DNA of 64,000 nucleotides from a virus (Duplodnaviria; Caudoviricetes): IMG/VR virus record IMGVR_UViG_3300042288_001626; one strand, 5' to 3'. Shown piece by piece: positions 1 to 9,577 of this stretch (position 1 is its first letter; each line of letters starts with the position of its first letter). The notes under the pieces were generated by a model. It saw only the letters and a program-made list of their open reading frames with translations, ran no database searches and was not told where the DNA came from. The position numbers and the translations under genes were made by a program.

Positions 1-149
1 TCTGTAAGATCGACGATCTTTTCTCTCCATTTAGATCCGTCAGAGTAATAATACTTTCCCTGATCTGTGGCGAAATAGTATTTGTCTAGCCTTGTAGCTG
101 CTGAAGGTATTGATGCGTACGGACCAGAATCTGTTATTTTTCTAGGCAT
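1..149 (-). CDS. Hypothetical protein, N-terminal part only (runs off the window edge)
   Basis: ATG at 149 opens MPRKITDSGPYASIPSAATRLDKYYFATDQGKYYYSDGSKW with no stop before position 1; not in the ORF track. Confidence 0.5.
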   Translation of the reverse strand, partial: MPRKITDSGPYASIPSAATRLDKYYFATDQGKYYYSDGSKWREKIVDLT

Positions 150-224
150 AATTTAAAAATAGCTAATTTAGTCTTATTCTATCTCTTTTTGAACTTGATA
201 GCAATAAAAGACTGCCTCTATTGT

Positions 225-905
225 CTAACCCCACTTATTTTTAAATGTATTCCTCTGCCCCATAGTCATATTTATTTTCTCATCTTTAAAAAGCTCTGTA
301 GATTGTCCTGAGAAGTGACGCACCAGAGAATCTAGTACCAGTGCATGCTTATAGCCTGCTCGCTTTATCGTCTCTGCATAGTCATCATCCTGATACCAGA
401 AAGGAAAACTCTCATCAAACAGCTTGCAGCTATCTATCAGCTCTCTGTGAGAAGCAATACACCAGCCTTTGACGTGGTGCCTTATTTCATATCCTTGCAG
501 CCCTTCAACTCCTTGGTGTCCTTTCCTGAGCTGGTCCTCGTGTAAAGGATCACACGGAGAGAAGCTTTTCACATCAGGATTGTTTTTGTGGTAGTTCATC
601 ATTGCTGAAAACCAACCAGGATAGAAAATGACGTCGTTGTTGACCACGACCACCCATTCTCTCGAACAGTACTCTAATCCTCTATTAAGAAACTTGTTGT
701 AGTGAAATGGTTCGTTTGGAAAAATACACAAAGCCTCCGGATAACTGAATCCTTGGTTGTGTGCTTCTGAGTGAGACTCTACAAGTTTTACCTCGAAAGA
801 ATAATCTGTCTCCGACTCTTTCAAAGAGGCTAGAGCCTGTTTCGTCATTTTATAGAGTTCCTCGTTACTGGAACTGGCGAGCATAATAATATCAATTGGA
901 ATCAT
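225..905 (-). CDS. Glycosyltransferase family 2 (GT-A fold)
   Basis: YNKFLNRGL, VVNNDV (DxD-like), FDESFPFWYQDDDY and VRHFSGQS motifs. Confidence 0.8.
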   Translation of the reverse strand: MIPIDIIMLASSSNEELYKMTKQALASLKESETDYSFEVKLVESHSEAHNQGFSYPEALCIFPNEPFHYNKFLNRGLEYCSREWVVVVNNDVIFYPGWFSAMMNYHKNNPDVKSFSPCDPLHEDQLRKGHQGVEGLQGYEIRHHVKGWCIASHRELIDSCKLFDESFPFWYQDDDYAETIKRAGYKHALVLDSLVRHFSGQSTELFKDEKINMTMGQRNTFKNKWG

Positions 906-1903
906 AATACGTTTAATAGTGCGTTAACTCTGTTTACATAGGTATGGTTTTCTTGTACATACCTCATTGCTGATTGAATTCTATCATAGTCTGTCAAGTA
1001 GGGTTGAGCTGCAGATAACAGTAACCCTGAGTTGTCAGAAAAAATAACATGGTCTTGCATCAAGTCTTTGACTGCAGGCGAATTAGTTATCCCTAGCTGT
1101 CCATAGCTTATGTTTTTAAAAGTTCTACATGGAATATATCCTATAGATAGATGGTTGCATTCCTCTGCAGTAGATCCAGAGCAAGTTAGTCCGGACCCAC
1201 GAATATCTGGAGCAATATACGACTTCTGAACAAGATGCTTCGCTTCCTCGTTGGTTGTCATCTTTTTCCAGGGGTCGTGAACCACAAAGCTAATGCCCTC
1301 TTTTTCCAGAGACTGCTGAAATTCTTGAAGCTCTTTCATGTTTGCCGACCAAGCAGAACCTATATGGTGCACTTCCCTGTCTCTAGGAATATATGCGTCA
1401 TTCAGGTCGATCTCGTGAGGCAGCATGTCTGTAGCCCACATAACATAAACCGCCTCGTAGCCTGCGACTCCTTTTCTGTGTCTTTCTGCTAACGCGTTGT
1501 CGTTAGCATTTTTTTCATAGGCAGTGAAGGGGTCTACGCCAGTCAGACTCAGGTTAGCTAGACAATAGTCGTAAGTGTAGTCTCTAGTTCTTTTGACGTT
1601 AAACCTAATATCTATTAGACGAGCGCCCGCGCTCACAAACTTTGATGGATTTTTACAAACATGGACAAAATATGTGGACGAAGAGACTACCGGCATTTGT
1701 TCATCTGCATAGCCTTCGGTAATGAAAAGAGCGTTCTCGTAATCAAAGTCTGTAGGATGATCTTGGTCGTGGAACCAGTACGTTTCATAGCCTAGATGTT
1801 TAAAAGCTTTATACCATCCGTGGTGTATGAACGAGTGCGAGTGTGAGTATAGAGGATATCCCCAAATAATCACTTTTTTAAATTTATGCATATTCCCTGT
1901 CAT
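902..1903 (-). CDS. Putative glycosyltransferase (CgeB/YkvP-like C-terminus)
   Basis: C-terminal RTFKNISYG...HTYVNRVNALL resembles the Glyco_trans_1_2 pattern; lies in a GT cluster. Confidence 0.55.
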   Translation of the reverse strand: MTGNMHKFKKVIIWGYPLYSHSHSFIHHGWYKAFKHLGYETYWFHDQDHPTDFDYENALFITEGYADEQMPVVSSSTYFVHVCKNPSKFVSAGARLIDIRFNVKRTRDYTYDYCLANLSLTGVDPFTAYEKNANDNALAERHRKGVAGYEAVYVMWATDMLPHEIDLNDAYIPRDREVHHIGSAWSANMKELQEFQQSLEKEGISFVVHDPWKKMTTNEEAKHLVQKSYIAPDIRGSGLTCSGSTAEECNHLSIGYIPCRTFKNISYGQLGITNSPAVKDLMQDHVIFSDNSGLLLSAAQPYLTDYDRIQSAMRYVQENHTYVNRVNALLNVL

Positions 1904-1909
1904 ATAGTA

Positions 1910-2896
1910 TTATTTCTGTATTGCTAGAAATTTAGCAAGAGCATCTTCAATTTTTTCAATATTTTTAGTCGGTTTAAAGTATTTCAAATTTTCAATCGCT
2001 TTATTCAGAACAAGCAGAGCAACAGGATCATGCTCGTCCATGTTGCTGCTTAAAAGTTTTTGATTTTCTAGCTTGTCGACATATCTAAAGTCTAGAGCGA
2101 CATCTAGCTTGGTTTTACTCAACCTCTCTAGACCATATCTGTGCCTAGATAGTCCTACCAGCAGACCATTTCTCTTTGCTCTGCGTAGATACCCTAGGTA
2201 ACCAGAAGGCTGCTCGTCCTGGTATTCTGCTAGATATTTTACCGTAGGATTTACCGCTCCATATATTTCTTGATGTATTCTACGCAACATAGAGCATTCC
2301 GGGACAATAAAACTTATGTTGTTTTCAGGTAGCAGGCATGAGGCAAGAGCGAGTACGGGCATGTTGTACTGCGCTTGTGAAAGCCAGCACTCATGCTCTT
2401 TTGAACCCTCAGTGTACGGATTCGACAGACGCAGAACTCTGACGAATAAAGAAAACTCTTCAGGGAGAATCTCTTCAATTTCTGTGGTCGTGATTGCGTC
2501 ATTGCAAACGTCCGCACACAGTTCTCCGGAAATACGTATATTTTTAATTGCTCCATGATTCTGTAGGAGCTGCACTATTGCGGCATGAGGAAGAAGCGAG
2601 TTGTTATGAATCACATCTCCCTCAGTTATTTTTTCAATGTTACTATAGATCGGGAAGCTTTGTTCTATCTCTGTAGCTATCTCTATTCTCTTGAATACTT
2701 CAATTTCCTGAGTGCTCCACGAACGGGTTTCCGCCAGCTTACTGTACACCTCGCTTAGAGAGCTACATGAGTACTCTGCAATCTCTCGCTCTTTTGCAAA
2801 ATCAGTTACGGCTGTGCGACTCTCTATCAGGTTAAACAAACCTGTTTTCGTTTTACATCTACGCCCTAACAGAGAGTCGAAACAGTTCCAGTGCAT
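1910..2896 (-). CDS. Hypothetical protein in the glycosylation cluster
   Basis: 328-aa ORF tightly packed between GT and methyltransferase genes; no motif recognised. Confidence 0.6.
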   Translation of the reverse strand: MHWNCFDSLLGRRCKTKTGLFNLIESRTAVTDFAKEREIAEYSCSSLSEVYSKLAETRSWSTQEIEVFKRIEIATEIEQSFPIYSNIEKITEGDVIHNNSLLPHAAIVQLLQNHGAIKNIRISGELCADVCNDAITTTEIEEILPEEFSLFVRVLRLSNPYTEGSKEHECWLSQAQYNMPVLALASCLLPENNISFIVPECSMLRRIHQEIYGAVNPTVKYLAEYQDEQPSGYLGYLRRAKRNGLLVGLSRHRYGLERLSKTKLDVALDFRYVDKLENQKLLSSNMDEHDPVALLVLNKAIENLKYFKPTKNIEKIEDALAKFLAIQK

Positions 2897-2912
2897 TTCT
2901 TAACCTAAAGAA

Positions 2913-3446
2913 TTACAATCCTTCTGCAGCAATATAAGAGGCTAGCCTTATTGCTTGGGGAGTTTCTTCTGCGATAATCCTGTCATAGCAAGCAGCTCCG
3001 TATTCTTTGAATACTACCGCATTGTTTCTAAACCAACCCATATGATATCCAGAAACCATAAAAGCTATAAGCTTGTCTGTAGCTTCTGCATCTACCACGT
3101 AGTTTAACAGAGCAAATTTTTCTATCCAATACTCTTTGGGCTGACAATTGATATGTCCATGACCACCTTGACCTGGGATGGCAGCTGAAAACAACACTAC
3201 TGGAGCCAGTCCTGTGAGTGTTTTAACAAGGTCATCAGCTCTTGTCGCTGGTAGATGTTCAGCGACCTCGATACACATGGCTATGTCGTATTTTCCTTTG
3301 TATTTAGAATCAAAATCACTAGAAAAAACGTCCATAACATCATATGGACAACGAGGATCAAGATCAACTCCATCAGCTTCCACACCAGCTTCTCTAAGAG
3401 CTTTGACATAAATGCCTGGCCCACACCCAACATCAATAATTTTCAT
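2913..3446 (-). CDS. Class I SAM-dependent methyltransferase
   Basis: IIDVGCGPG motif I, GVDLD, CIEVAEHL, and SAAIPGQGGHGHINCQ typical of glycan-cluster methyltransferases. Confidence 0.85.
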   Translation of the reverse strand: MKIIDVGCGPGIYVKALREAGVEADGVDLDPRCPYDVMDVFSSDFDSKYKGKYDIAMCIEVAEHLPATRADDLVKTLTGLAPVVLFSAAIPGQGGHGHINCQPKEYWIEKFALLNYVVDAEATDKLIAFMVSGYHMGWFRNNAVVFKEYGAACYDRIIAEETPQAIRLASYIAAEGL

Positions 3447-3447
3447 A

Positions 3448-4602
3448 TTATACGTATAGCGCTTTGAAGTTTAATCCGAGACCTGTATCCAAAGTACGAT
3501 TGTGATCAGTATACCAACCTTCTTTGTTGAAGACGTCACTGAAGTCGTCAAAAGCCCTCTCAAACTTGGGTTTTACTGCAGTGAGACTAAAGTTATCGTT
3601 TGCGAAAGCTACCAATCTATTGCGATCAATAGTATCGACCAGACGTACTGCTCGCAGTATGTCTCCCATCGTATTGCATCTAAATCCGTTAACTCCATCA
3701 ACGATGTACTCGGTCATTGCTCCGTTGTCTGCGCAGATAGGAACACAGCCGCTGAACAGCATCTCTACGGCAGTTCCGCCAAATGGTTCCCAATAAGTAG
3801 ACAATAAGAACCCGAATTTGGCTCTGCCCATAAGGTCTTTTCTAGTAGCCACATCAGCATAGCCAAGATATTCAACATGCGCAGGCCACTCAGTCATTCC
3901 GATGTCTGATGGTCCTCCCTGACCACACACCTTAAGTTTAACTCCTAGCCTCTTGCAGGCATCAATAGCGAGGTCGAGACCTTTGTTTGTTCCTATTCTA
4001 CCAATATATAGTGCCCAGTCCTCTCTTTCCGATTTTGCCTCGAACTCTAGAGGATTAAAATAATTTGGGACAATTCTGTGATACCAGGTAGGATTACAGA
4101 ACGATACGCCGTCTGTGCCCACATATGCTCCTTTTAAAGGATAGCTTTCGTAACATCTAAACTGCGCAAAAGCCCAGCCACTACCTATACCAGGCTCAAC
4201 AACAATAAGATCTCCGTCTTTGTTGGCGATCTCGCACGCTTCTCTTGTTCCTCCCCAGAAAGCTAACACAAGATCAGACTTTTTCTTTCTTTTTAGAATC
4301 TCTCTTCCTGCGTTTTGATTGAATACCTTGTGAGCAAGGTCATCTGTAGCGTGCTTAAAGAACCCTTTCTTCCAATCATAATCTCCATAAGCAGAGTTTA
4401 GTACTTCATCACTTGTAACATCAACCTGCTCGTGAGCGTCTGTATCTGATTTGTTGTGTCCGTAGTGTATGGTTCTGTATTTGTCGCTGTCTTTAAACAT
4501 CGTTAAAAACTTGCGTACTTTCTGAGTAAAAGCGCAAGCGACATAGTCAGCATTAGTTATTGTGTGCGGTAATCCTAGGCAGTGTAGTTGTGTCATACCC
4601 AA
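3448..4602 (-). CDS. Glycosyltransferase family 4 (GT-B)
   Basis: YIGRIGTNKGLDLAI, EPFGGTAVEMLFSGCVPI and EYIVDGVNGF (Glycos_transf_1 signature). Confidence 0.88.
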   Translation of the reverse strand: MGMTQLHCLGLPHTITNADYVACAFTQKVRKFLTMFKDSDKYRTIHYGHNKSDTDAHEQVDVTSDEVLNSAYGDYDWKKGFFKHATDDLAHKVFNQNAGREILKRKKKSDLVLAFWGGTREACEIANKDGDLIVVEPGIGSGWAFAQFRCYESYPLKGAYVGTDGVSFCNPTWYHRIVPNYFNPLEFEAKSEREDWALYIGRIGTNKGLDLAIDACKRLGVKLKVCGQGGPSDIGMTEWPAHVEYLGYADVATRKDLMGRAKFGFLLSTYWEPFGGTAVEMLFSGCVPICADNGAMTEYIVDGVNGFRCNTMGDILRAVRLVDTIDRNRLVAFANDNFSLTAVKPKFERAFDDFSDVFNKEGWYTDHNRTLDTGLGLNFKALYV

Positions 4603-4641
4603 GCAGACTACATCAAACTACAAACTAATGTCTATATATTT

Positions 4642-7600
4642 TTAGCAGCCGTTCAGACAGCCTGATCCTCCTAGTGTCGAGTAAAGGATGGTCGTTGACT
4701 GTCCGTATGACTCTACTCTAAATGGTGCAGTCTCAGCTCCCTCACCTGCAGAGTTGGTGAACTTGGCCTTTACACACAAAGACGCGTTGGTAAATCCGCT
4801 TCCGCAATTAACGTTACCTCCCCAAGAAATTAATACTGAGCTAGAGTTAGCATTATTGACAGTAAATCCGCTTGAACCGCCAAAACAACTCCAGGATTGC
4901 CCAAGCCAACTTCCATTGTTGCTTGGACAACCTGTGACGGTCATTCCTGTAACCACAGAAGCTGTGCCAAACCCTGTGGCTCCTGAGAAATTAACTCTAG
5001 TCGTTCTCCAGTTATTGCCTATGTAATAAGTCATGCTTACTGGTACAGGCGTTCCTGCGGGAGCGACTATAGTCACAAAACTTAATATACCTGTGTATGT
5101 GTTAGTTGCTCCGTCTCCTGCTGCACTGTAAGCAATAAGATCGGCGGTATAATTTTGTCCGTCTGGTACTCCGGTATATGTTGTTGTCCTGTTTGTTACT
5201 GTGGTCCAGTCAGACACAACAGTAGCTCCGTTACGCAATCTGACTTTGTATCCCTGAATAAGGCATCCTCCTGTGACTGCTGGGGCATCCCAATTAAGCG
5301 TAATAGTACCTGCAGCTTTGGTATATGTCATGTTTCCAGACACTCCTGGAACAGTGCAAACCGTCACCCAGTCACTCGCTATTGCTGTGCTTGATCCTGC
5401 CGCATTACGAGCAGATACAGAAATATAGTAATTTGTTCCGTTTGTCAGTCCGGTTGCTGTAGCACTTGTATTGGTTGTTGTTGTGGGGCCGGCAACAACT
5501 GCGTTCCCTGGACTGGTGTAAAAAGTATAAGTATAGTCGAGAATTGCTGCTCCGTTCGTGTTCCAACCAGACCAAGAAAAAGTCAGCTGTTGGTTGCCTC
5601 TAGTGAACAGATAGCTTATTGTTCCAGAAGGCACACCTCTACAAACAATATTGCCTGACTGCGCTCCTGCGCTTGTTCCTGCTCCATTGGTCGCCGTTAC
5701 AGTAATGTTGTAATCTGTTCCGTTGCTGAGTCCAGTAATTGTGACACTCGAGTTGGTTGTTGAGGTAGGTCCTGCAACAACCGTTCCTCCTGAGGTACGA
5801 ACTGTGTAATTGTATCCTGTAATTGAAGAGCCGTTGTTCGAGAATACGCTACCCCAATTGAAAGTAACTTGTCCGCTGGTGCCGTTTGTATTGGAGAACG
5901 AGCCTGTAAATGCTGGCGCACCTATACAAGCAACATTGTTCGACTGCGCCGATGTAGATCCTGCGGCGTTTGTAGCCGACACAATAATGTAATACTGTGT
6001 TCCATTATTTAATCCTGTTTGTGTTATGCTTGTATTTGTTCCTGCAGACGTGGGTCCTGCAACCACGACTCCTCCCGAGTTATACACTGTATAAGTATAT
6101 CCTGTGATTGCTGACCCATTCGCCGTAAACACGCTACCCCAATTAAAGGTGATTTGATTGCTGGTACCATTCGTGAGGGTGTAGTTTGCTGCTGTTGCTG
6201 ATGGAGCAGCTGCACACAGCGTACCTGCTGTAAAGTCAGCGAAAGCACTGTTCCCTGCATTTGAACTGGCTGTATACATTCTAGCTGTATATGTTGTTCC
6301 TGCAGTTAATCCTCCAATTGTTATCGGAGAGGATGTGGTTCCTGAATCTGACACAGCTACCGTGCCTCCTATAGCTCCTGAGTACAAAATATAGCGATAC
6401 GGAGACGCGGTCAAAGTAGACCCGTTTGTCGAGCCTGCAACAAACGATAGCGAGAGGCTTGTGCTGCTTCCTGCTATTCTGCTGAGTAAAACTGAGGTAG
6501 GCGCAGCAGGAGCAATTGCACACACCACTCCACTAGAGCTCGCTGAGGCGCTGTTGCCGAAGTTGGTACTCGCGGTATACACACTGGCAAAATATGCGGT
6601 GCCTGTGGTAAGGCCAGTGATAGATATGCCACTTGTGCTGCTTGTGGATCCTGATGCCTGCTGTGTTCCTGATACCGAGCCTACATTTATAGTATAATTG
6701 TACGGGTTTGTCTGTAATGTAGATCCGTTTGTTGCTCCTGGAGTGAAAGAGAGCGTCATACTTGTGGCTGACGCAACTGTCAGAGTCACTCCTGAAGGAG
6801 CTGATGGAGCAGCTGCACACAGCACAGCAGTGGATGTTCCTCGAGCTCCTTCCCCTAGATTGCTGTTTGTCCAGACTTCTGCATAGTATGTAGTTCCTGC
6901 TGTAAGCCCAGAGATTCCTATGCCGCTGGTCGAACTTGTTGTGGTTGGACCTGACACAACCACGTTGTCACTCGATCTCTTTAGGCTATAGCTATAGTTT
7001 GTGAGAGTTGATCCATTCAGTGATCCTGGGGTAAACGTCAAACTCATCGTTGTGCCGCTTGTGGCGGCTAGTGTTATGCTTGAAGGAGCACTAGGAACGC
7101 CAACAGTTGTGACTCCAGAGGATACTGTTACTCCTGTGCTGCCTGCCACGCCGTTTACAGTATAGTTTGTTTTAACTTCGGCGTAGTAGGTTGTACCAGT
7201 GGAGAGGCCAGTTATAGGTATTCCGGATGTTGCTGTGGTGCTTATGTTCTGCTGCCCTGCCACATAACTACTTACAGCATACGACGCGCCTGCCCTTAAA
7301 CTATAGGTGTAATTATTTATTGTGGCTCCGTTTGTCACTCCTGTAACAAACGATAGTGTGACTGATGTGCTTGAGGCTGCTGCAAGAGTTACAGAGCTAG
7401 GTGCAGCAGGGGCAACAGCACACGTGACTCCAGAAGAACTTCCTGCAGCTGTGTTGGCGGTTGATCCTCCAAAAGTATAGTTTGCCACAACATCAGCAAA
7501 ATAGGTTGTTCCTGTTACAAGTCCTGTTAGTACTGCCCCACTAGTGATGGTTACTCCGCTATATGCAGGCACAGCCGGACCTGTAGATGCTGCTACTGTG

Positions 7601-9573
7601 CGTAATGTCAGCACATAGCTGTTTATTGTGGATCCGTTCGTAACGCTGCCTGTAAAAGAAACATTCAGGCTTGTTGAAGAAGCTACGGTGAGGGTTACGC
7701 CTGTTGGGGCATTTGCCGCTGCGCCGACCATCAATCCAGATGTAAACGTGCCTGTTTCACTGTTTCCAGCTCCGCTAGTAGCGTACACAGCTGCATAGTA
7801 TGTTGTTCCGTTCGATAATCCTGTAATAGCAGTGTTTCCGACACTCACAGCCACGTCCTGTCTACCAGGCACAACAGTAGAAAGTCCTGAGTTTGTATAT
7901 AGTGTATATCTGTATCCTGTGATTGCAGACCCTCTCGCTGTTGAGGCTGCAAAGCTTAGAGTTAGTCCTCCATTTACAGCAGAACCGAGCGTTACACTTG
8001 CTGGGGCTGTAGGTGTAGTAAATGGTGTCGCTCCTGCCGTGAATGATCCCGCCGTTCCATTTCCTCGCGCTGTGGTTGCGTATACTCTCGCATAATAGGT
8101 CGTACCGTTAGCCAAGCCAGAAATAACAGTGCCACTAGGTGATGCTCCTGCCACATCTGTTTTGCCTGCCACGGCAGCTGTCAGAGCAGCATCGGTATAC
8201 AATGTATAATTATACCCTGTAATAGCTTCTCCTTGAGCTGTTGCTGCTCCGAAAGTGAGTGTAAGTACTCCGTTGCCTGCCGAACCCAGCGACACACTTG
8301 TTGGAGCTGTAGGAAATTCGAATGGGTATGCGCTAACAGCGCTACCTGTTCCTGCTCCTAGGGCTGAAGTTGCCCATACATTGACATAATAGGTTGTTCC
8401 GTTTGTGAGGCCAGTAATAGAGTTAGTGCCTACCGCAGCAGCTACATTTACCTTGCCTGCGACCGCCGCTGTAAGTCCTGGGTCAGTGAACACAGAGTAT
8501 TGATAGCCTGTGATAGCTGCTCCTTGAGCTGTTGCTGCTCCAAAAGAGAGCGAGAGTGATTGTGATGCTGACCGAGTTAACGTCACGCTCGTCGGAGCCG
8601 ACGGAACCGTTGTAGGAGTTCCAGAAGCACTAGCATAGTCGCCATAGCTTGCATTAGAGCTATATACTCTCGCTCTTACATAGTATGTCGTTCCATTAAC
8701 GAACAAAGCATTCGTAAGAGTTACAGTTGTGTTTGTTGTTGTTACTGCAGAGTAGCTTCCTACGATGTTTGTAAGTCCGCTATTACTATACACGGAATAC
8801 TCAAACGAACCAAAAGTAGAATGATTTAAAGTTGTGGATGTCTGTGTGGGGAATGTAACTACCAGAGTATTGGATGTTCCGTTACCAGCAACAGTCATGC
8901 CAGAAGGAGCCTGAGGAGGAGCGTAGGGAAATGCTCCTGCTGAAGAGGCTGGCGAACTATCTCCAGAACTCAGCGTTCTTACAAATACTCTAGCATAGTA
9001 TGTTGTTCCATTATTTAAATTTGAATTTGTTACAGTTACAGTTTTAGCCTGTGCAGGCGTAGCCACGTTACTTAATCCTGCTACAGGAGTTGTGTATGCT
9101 GCATCGCTAAATATTGTATATATAAACTCCGACAAGGTCCCTCCGTTAAGGTACGTGTTTCCTGCTCCTGTACCAAAAGTAATCACCAGCGTACGAGCTG
9201 TACCATTCCCTGCTAGACTTATTGTGTTTGGAGCTGATGGAAGTATTCCTAGTGTTGTGTTCGAGGAGTTCGAGCCTAGGGTGTTTGCTCTGTTTGTGAC
9301 TTTTGCATAATATGTAGCAATATCTGCAGTTCCTGCATTGGCCAGCAAAGTCGGATTAGATGTAAATGGCAGGGTATTCGCTGTGCTTGTAGCGAGAACT
9401 GTAGAGAACCCTGTTTTATACCATTCTATAACAATAGGCAGTGTTCCGTTATTTACGGTGATACTCGGAGCAAAAGCACTGTTTAGCCCTACGTTCGTAT
9501 TGGCTGCTGGTTGAGCACTAATATTTGGAACAATATTTAGTGCTTTTGCTCTTCCTCCAGGAAATCTAGGCAT
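4642..9573 (-). CDS. Large fibronectin type III repeat protein (virion fibre/adhesin-like)
   Basis: 14 repeats of the (L)xNGTxYY-type FN3 motif about 100 aa apart; rich in Thr, Ser, Gly and Ala; Cys-containing C-terminus. Confidence 0.85.
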   Translation of the reverse strand: MPRFPGGRAKALNIVPNISAQPAANTNVGLNSAFAPSITVNNGTLPIVIEWYKTGFSTVLATSTANTLPFTSNPTLLANAGTADIATYYAKVTNRANTLGSNSSNTTLGILPSAPNTISLAGNGTARTLVITFGTGAGNTYLNGGTLSEFIYTIFSDAAYTTPVAGLSNVATPAQAKTVTVTNSNLNNGTTYYARVFVRTLSSGDSSPASSAGAFPYAPPQAPSGMTVAGNGTSNTLVVTFPTQTSTTLNHSTFGSFEYSVYSNSGLTNIVGSYSAVTTTNTTVTLTNALFVNGTTYYVRARVYSSNASYGDYASASGTPTTVPSAPTSVTLTRSASQSLSLSFGAATAQGAAITGYQYSVFTDPGLTAAVAGKVNVAAAVGTNSITGLTNGTTYYVNVWATSALGAGTGSAVSAYPFEFPTAPTSVSLGSAGNGVLTLTFGAATAQGEAITGYNYTLYTDAALTAAVAGKTDVAGASPSGTVISGLANGTTYYARVYATTARGNGTAGSFTAGATPFTTPTAPASVTLGSAVNGGLTLSFAASTARGSAITGYRYTLYTNSGLSTVVPGRQDVAVSVGNTAITGLSNGTTYYAAVYATSGAGNSETGTFTSGLMVGAAANAPTGVTLTVASSTSLNVSFTGSVTNGSTINSYVLTLRTVAASTGPAVPAYSGVTITSGAVLTGLVTGTTYFADVVANYTFGGSTANTAAGSSSGVTCAVAPAAPSSVTLAAASSTSVTLSFVTGVTNGATINNYTYSLRAGASYAVSSYVAGQQNISTTATSGIPITGLSTGTTYYAEVKTNYTVNGVAGSTGVTVSSGVTTVGVPSAPSSITLAATSGTTMSLTFTPGSLNGSTLTNYSYSLKRSSDNVVVSGPTTTSSTSGIGISGLTAGTTYYAEVWTNSNLGEGARGTSTAVLCAAAPSAPSGVTLTVASATSMTLSFTPGATNGSTLQTNPYNYTINVGSVSGTQQASGSTSSTSGISITGLTTGTAYFASVYTASTNFGNSASASSSGVVCAIAPAAPTSVLLSRIAGSSTSLSLSFVAGSTNGSTLTASPYRYILYSGAIGGTVAVSDSGTTSSPITIGGLTAGTTYTARMYTASSNAGNSAFADFTAGTLCAAAPSATAANYTLTNGTSNQITFNWGSVFTANGSAITGYTYTVYNSGGVVVAGPTSAGTNTSITQTGLNNGTQYYIIVSATNAAGSTSAQSNNVACIGAPAFTGSFSNTNGTSGQVTFNWGSVFSNNGSSITGYNYTVRTSGGTVVAGPTSTTNSSVTITGLSNGTDYNITVTATNGAGTSAGAQSGNIVCRGVPSGTISYLFTRGNQQLTFSWSGWNTNGAAILDYTYTFYTSPGNAVVAGPTTTTNTSATATGLTNGTNYYISVSARNAAGSSTAIASDWVTVCTVPGVSGNMTYTKAAGTITLNWDAPAVTGGCLIQGYKVRLRNGATVVSDWTTVTNRTTTYTGVPDGQNYTADLIAYSAAGDGATNTYTGILSFVTIVAPAGTPVPVSMTYYIGNNWRTTRVNFSGATGFGTASVVTGMTVTGCPSNNGSWLGQSWSCFGGSSGFTVNNANSSSVLISWGGNVNCGSGFTNASLCVKAKFTNSAGEGAETAPFRVESYGQSTTILYSTLGGSGCLNGC

Positions 9574-9577
9574 AGGG

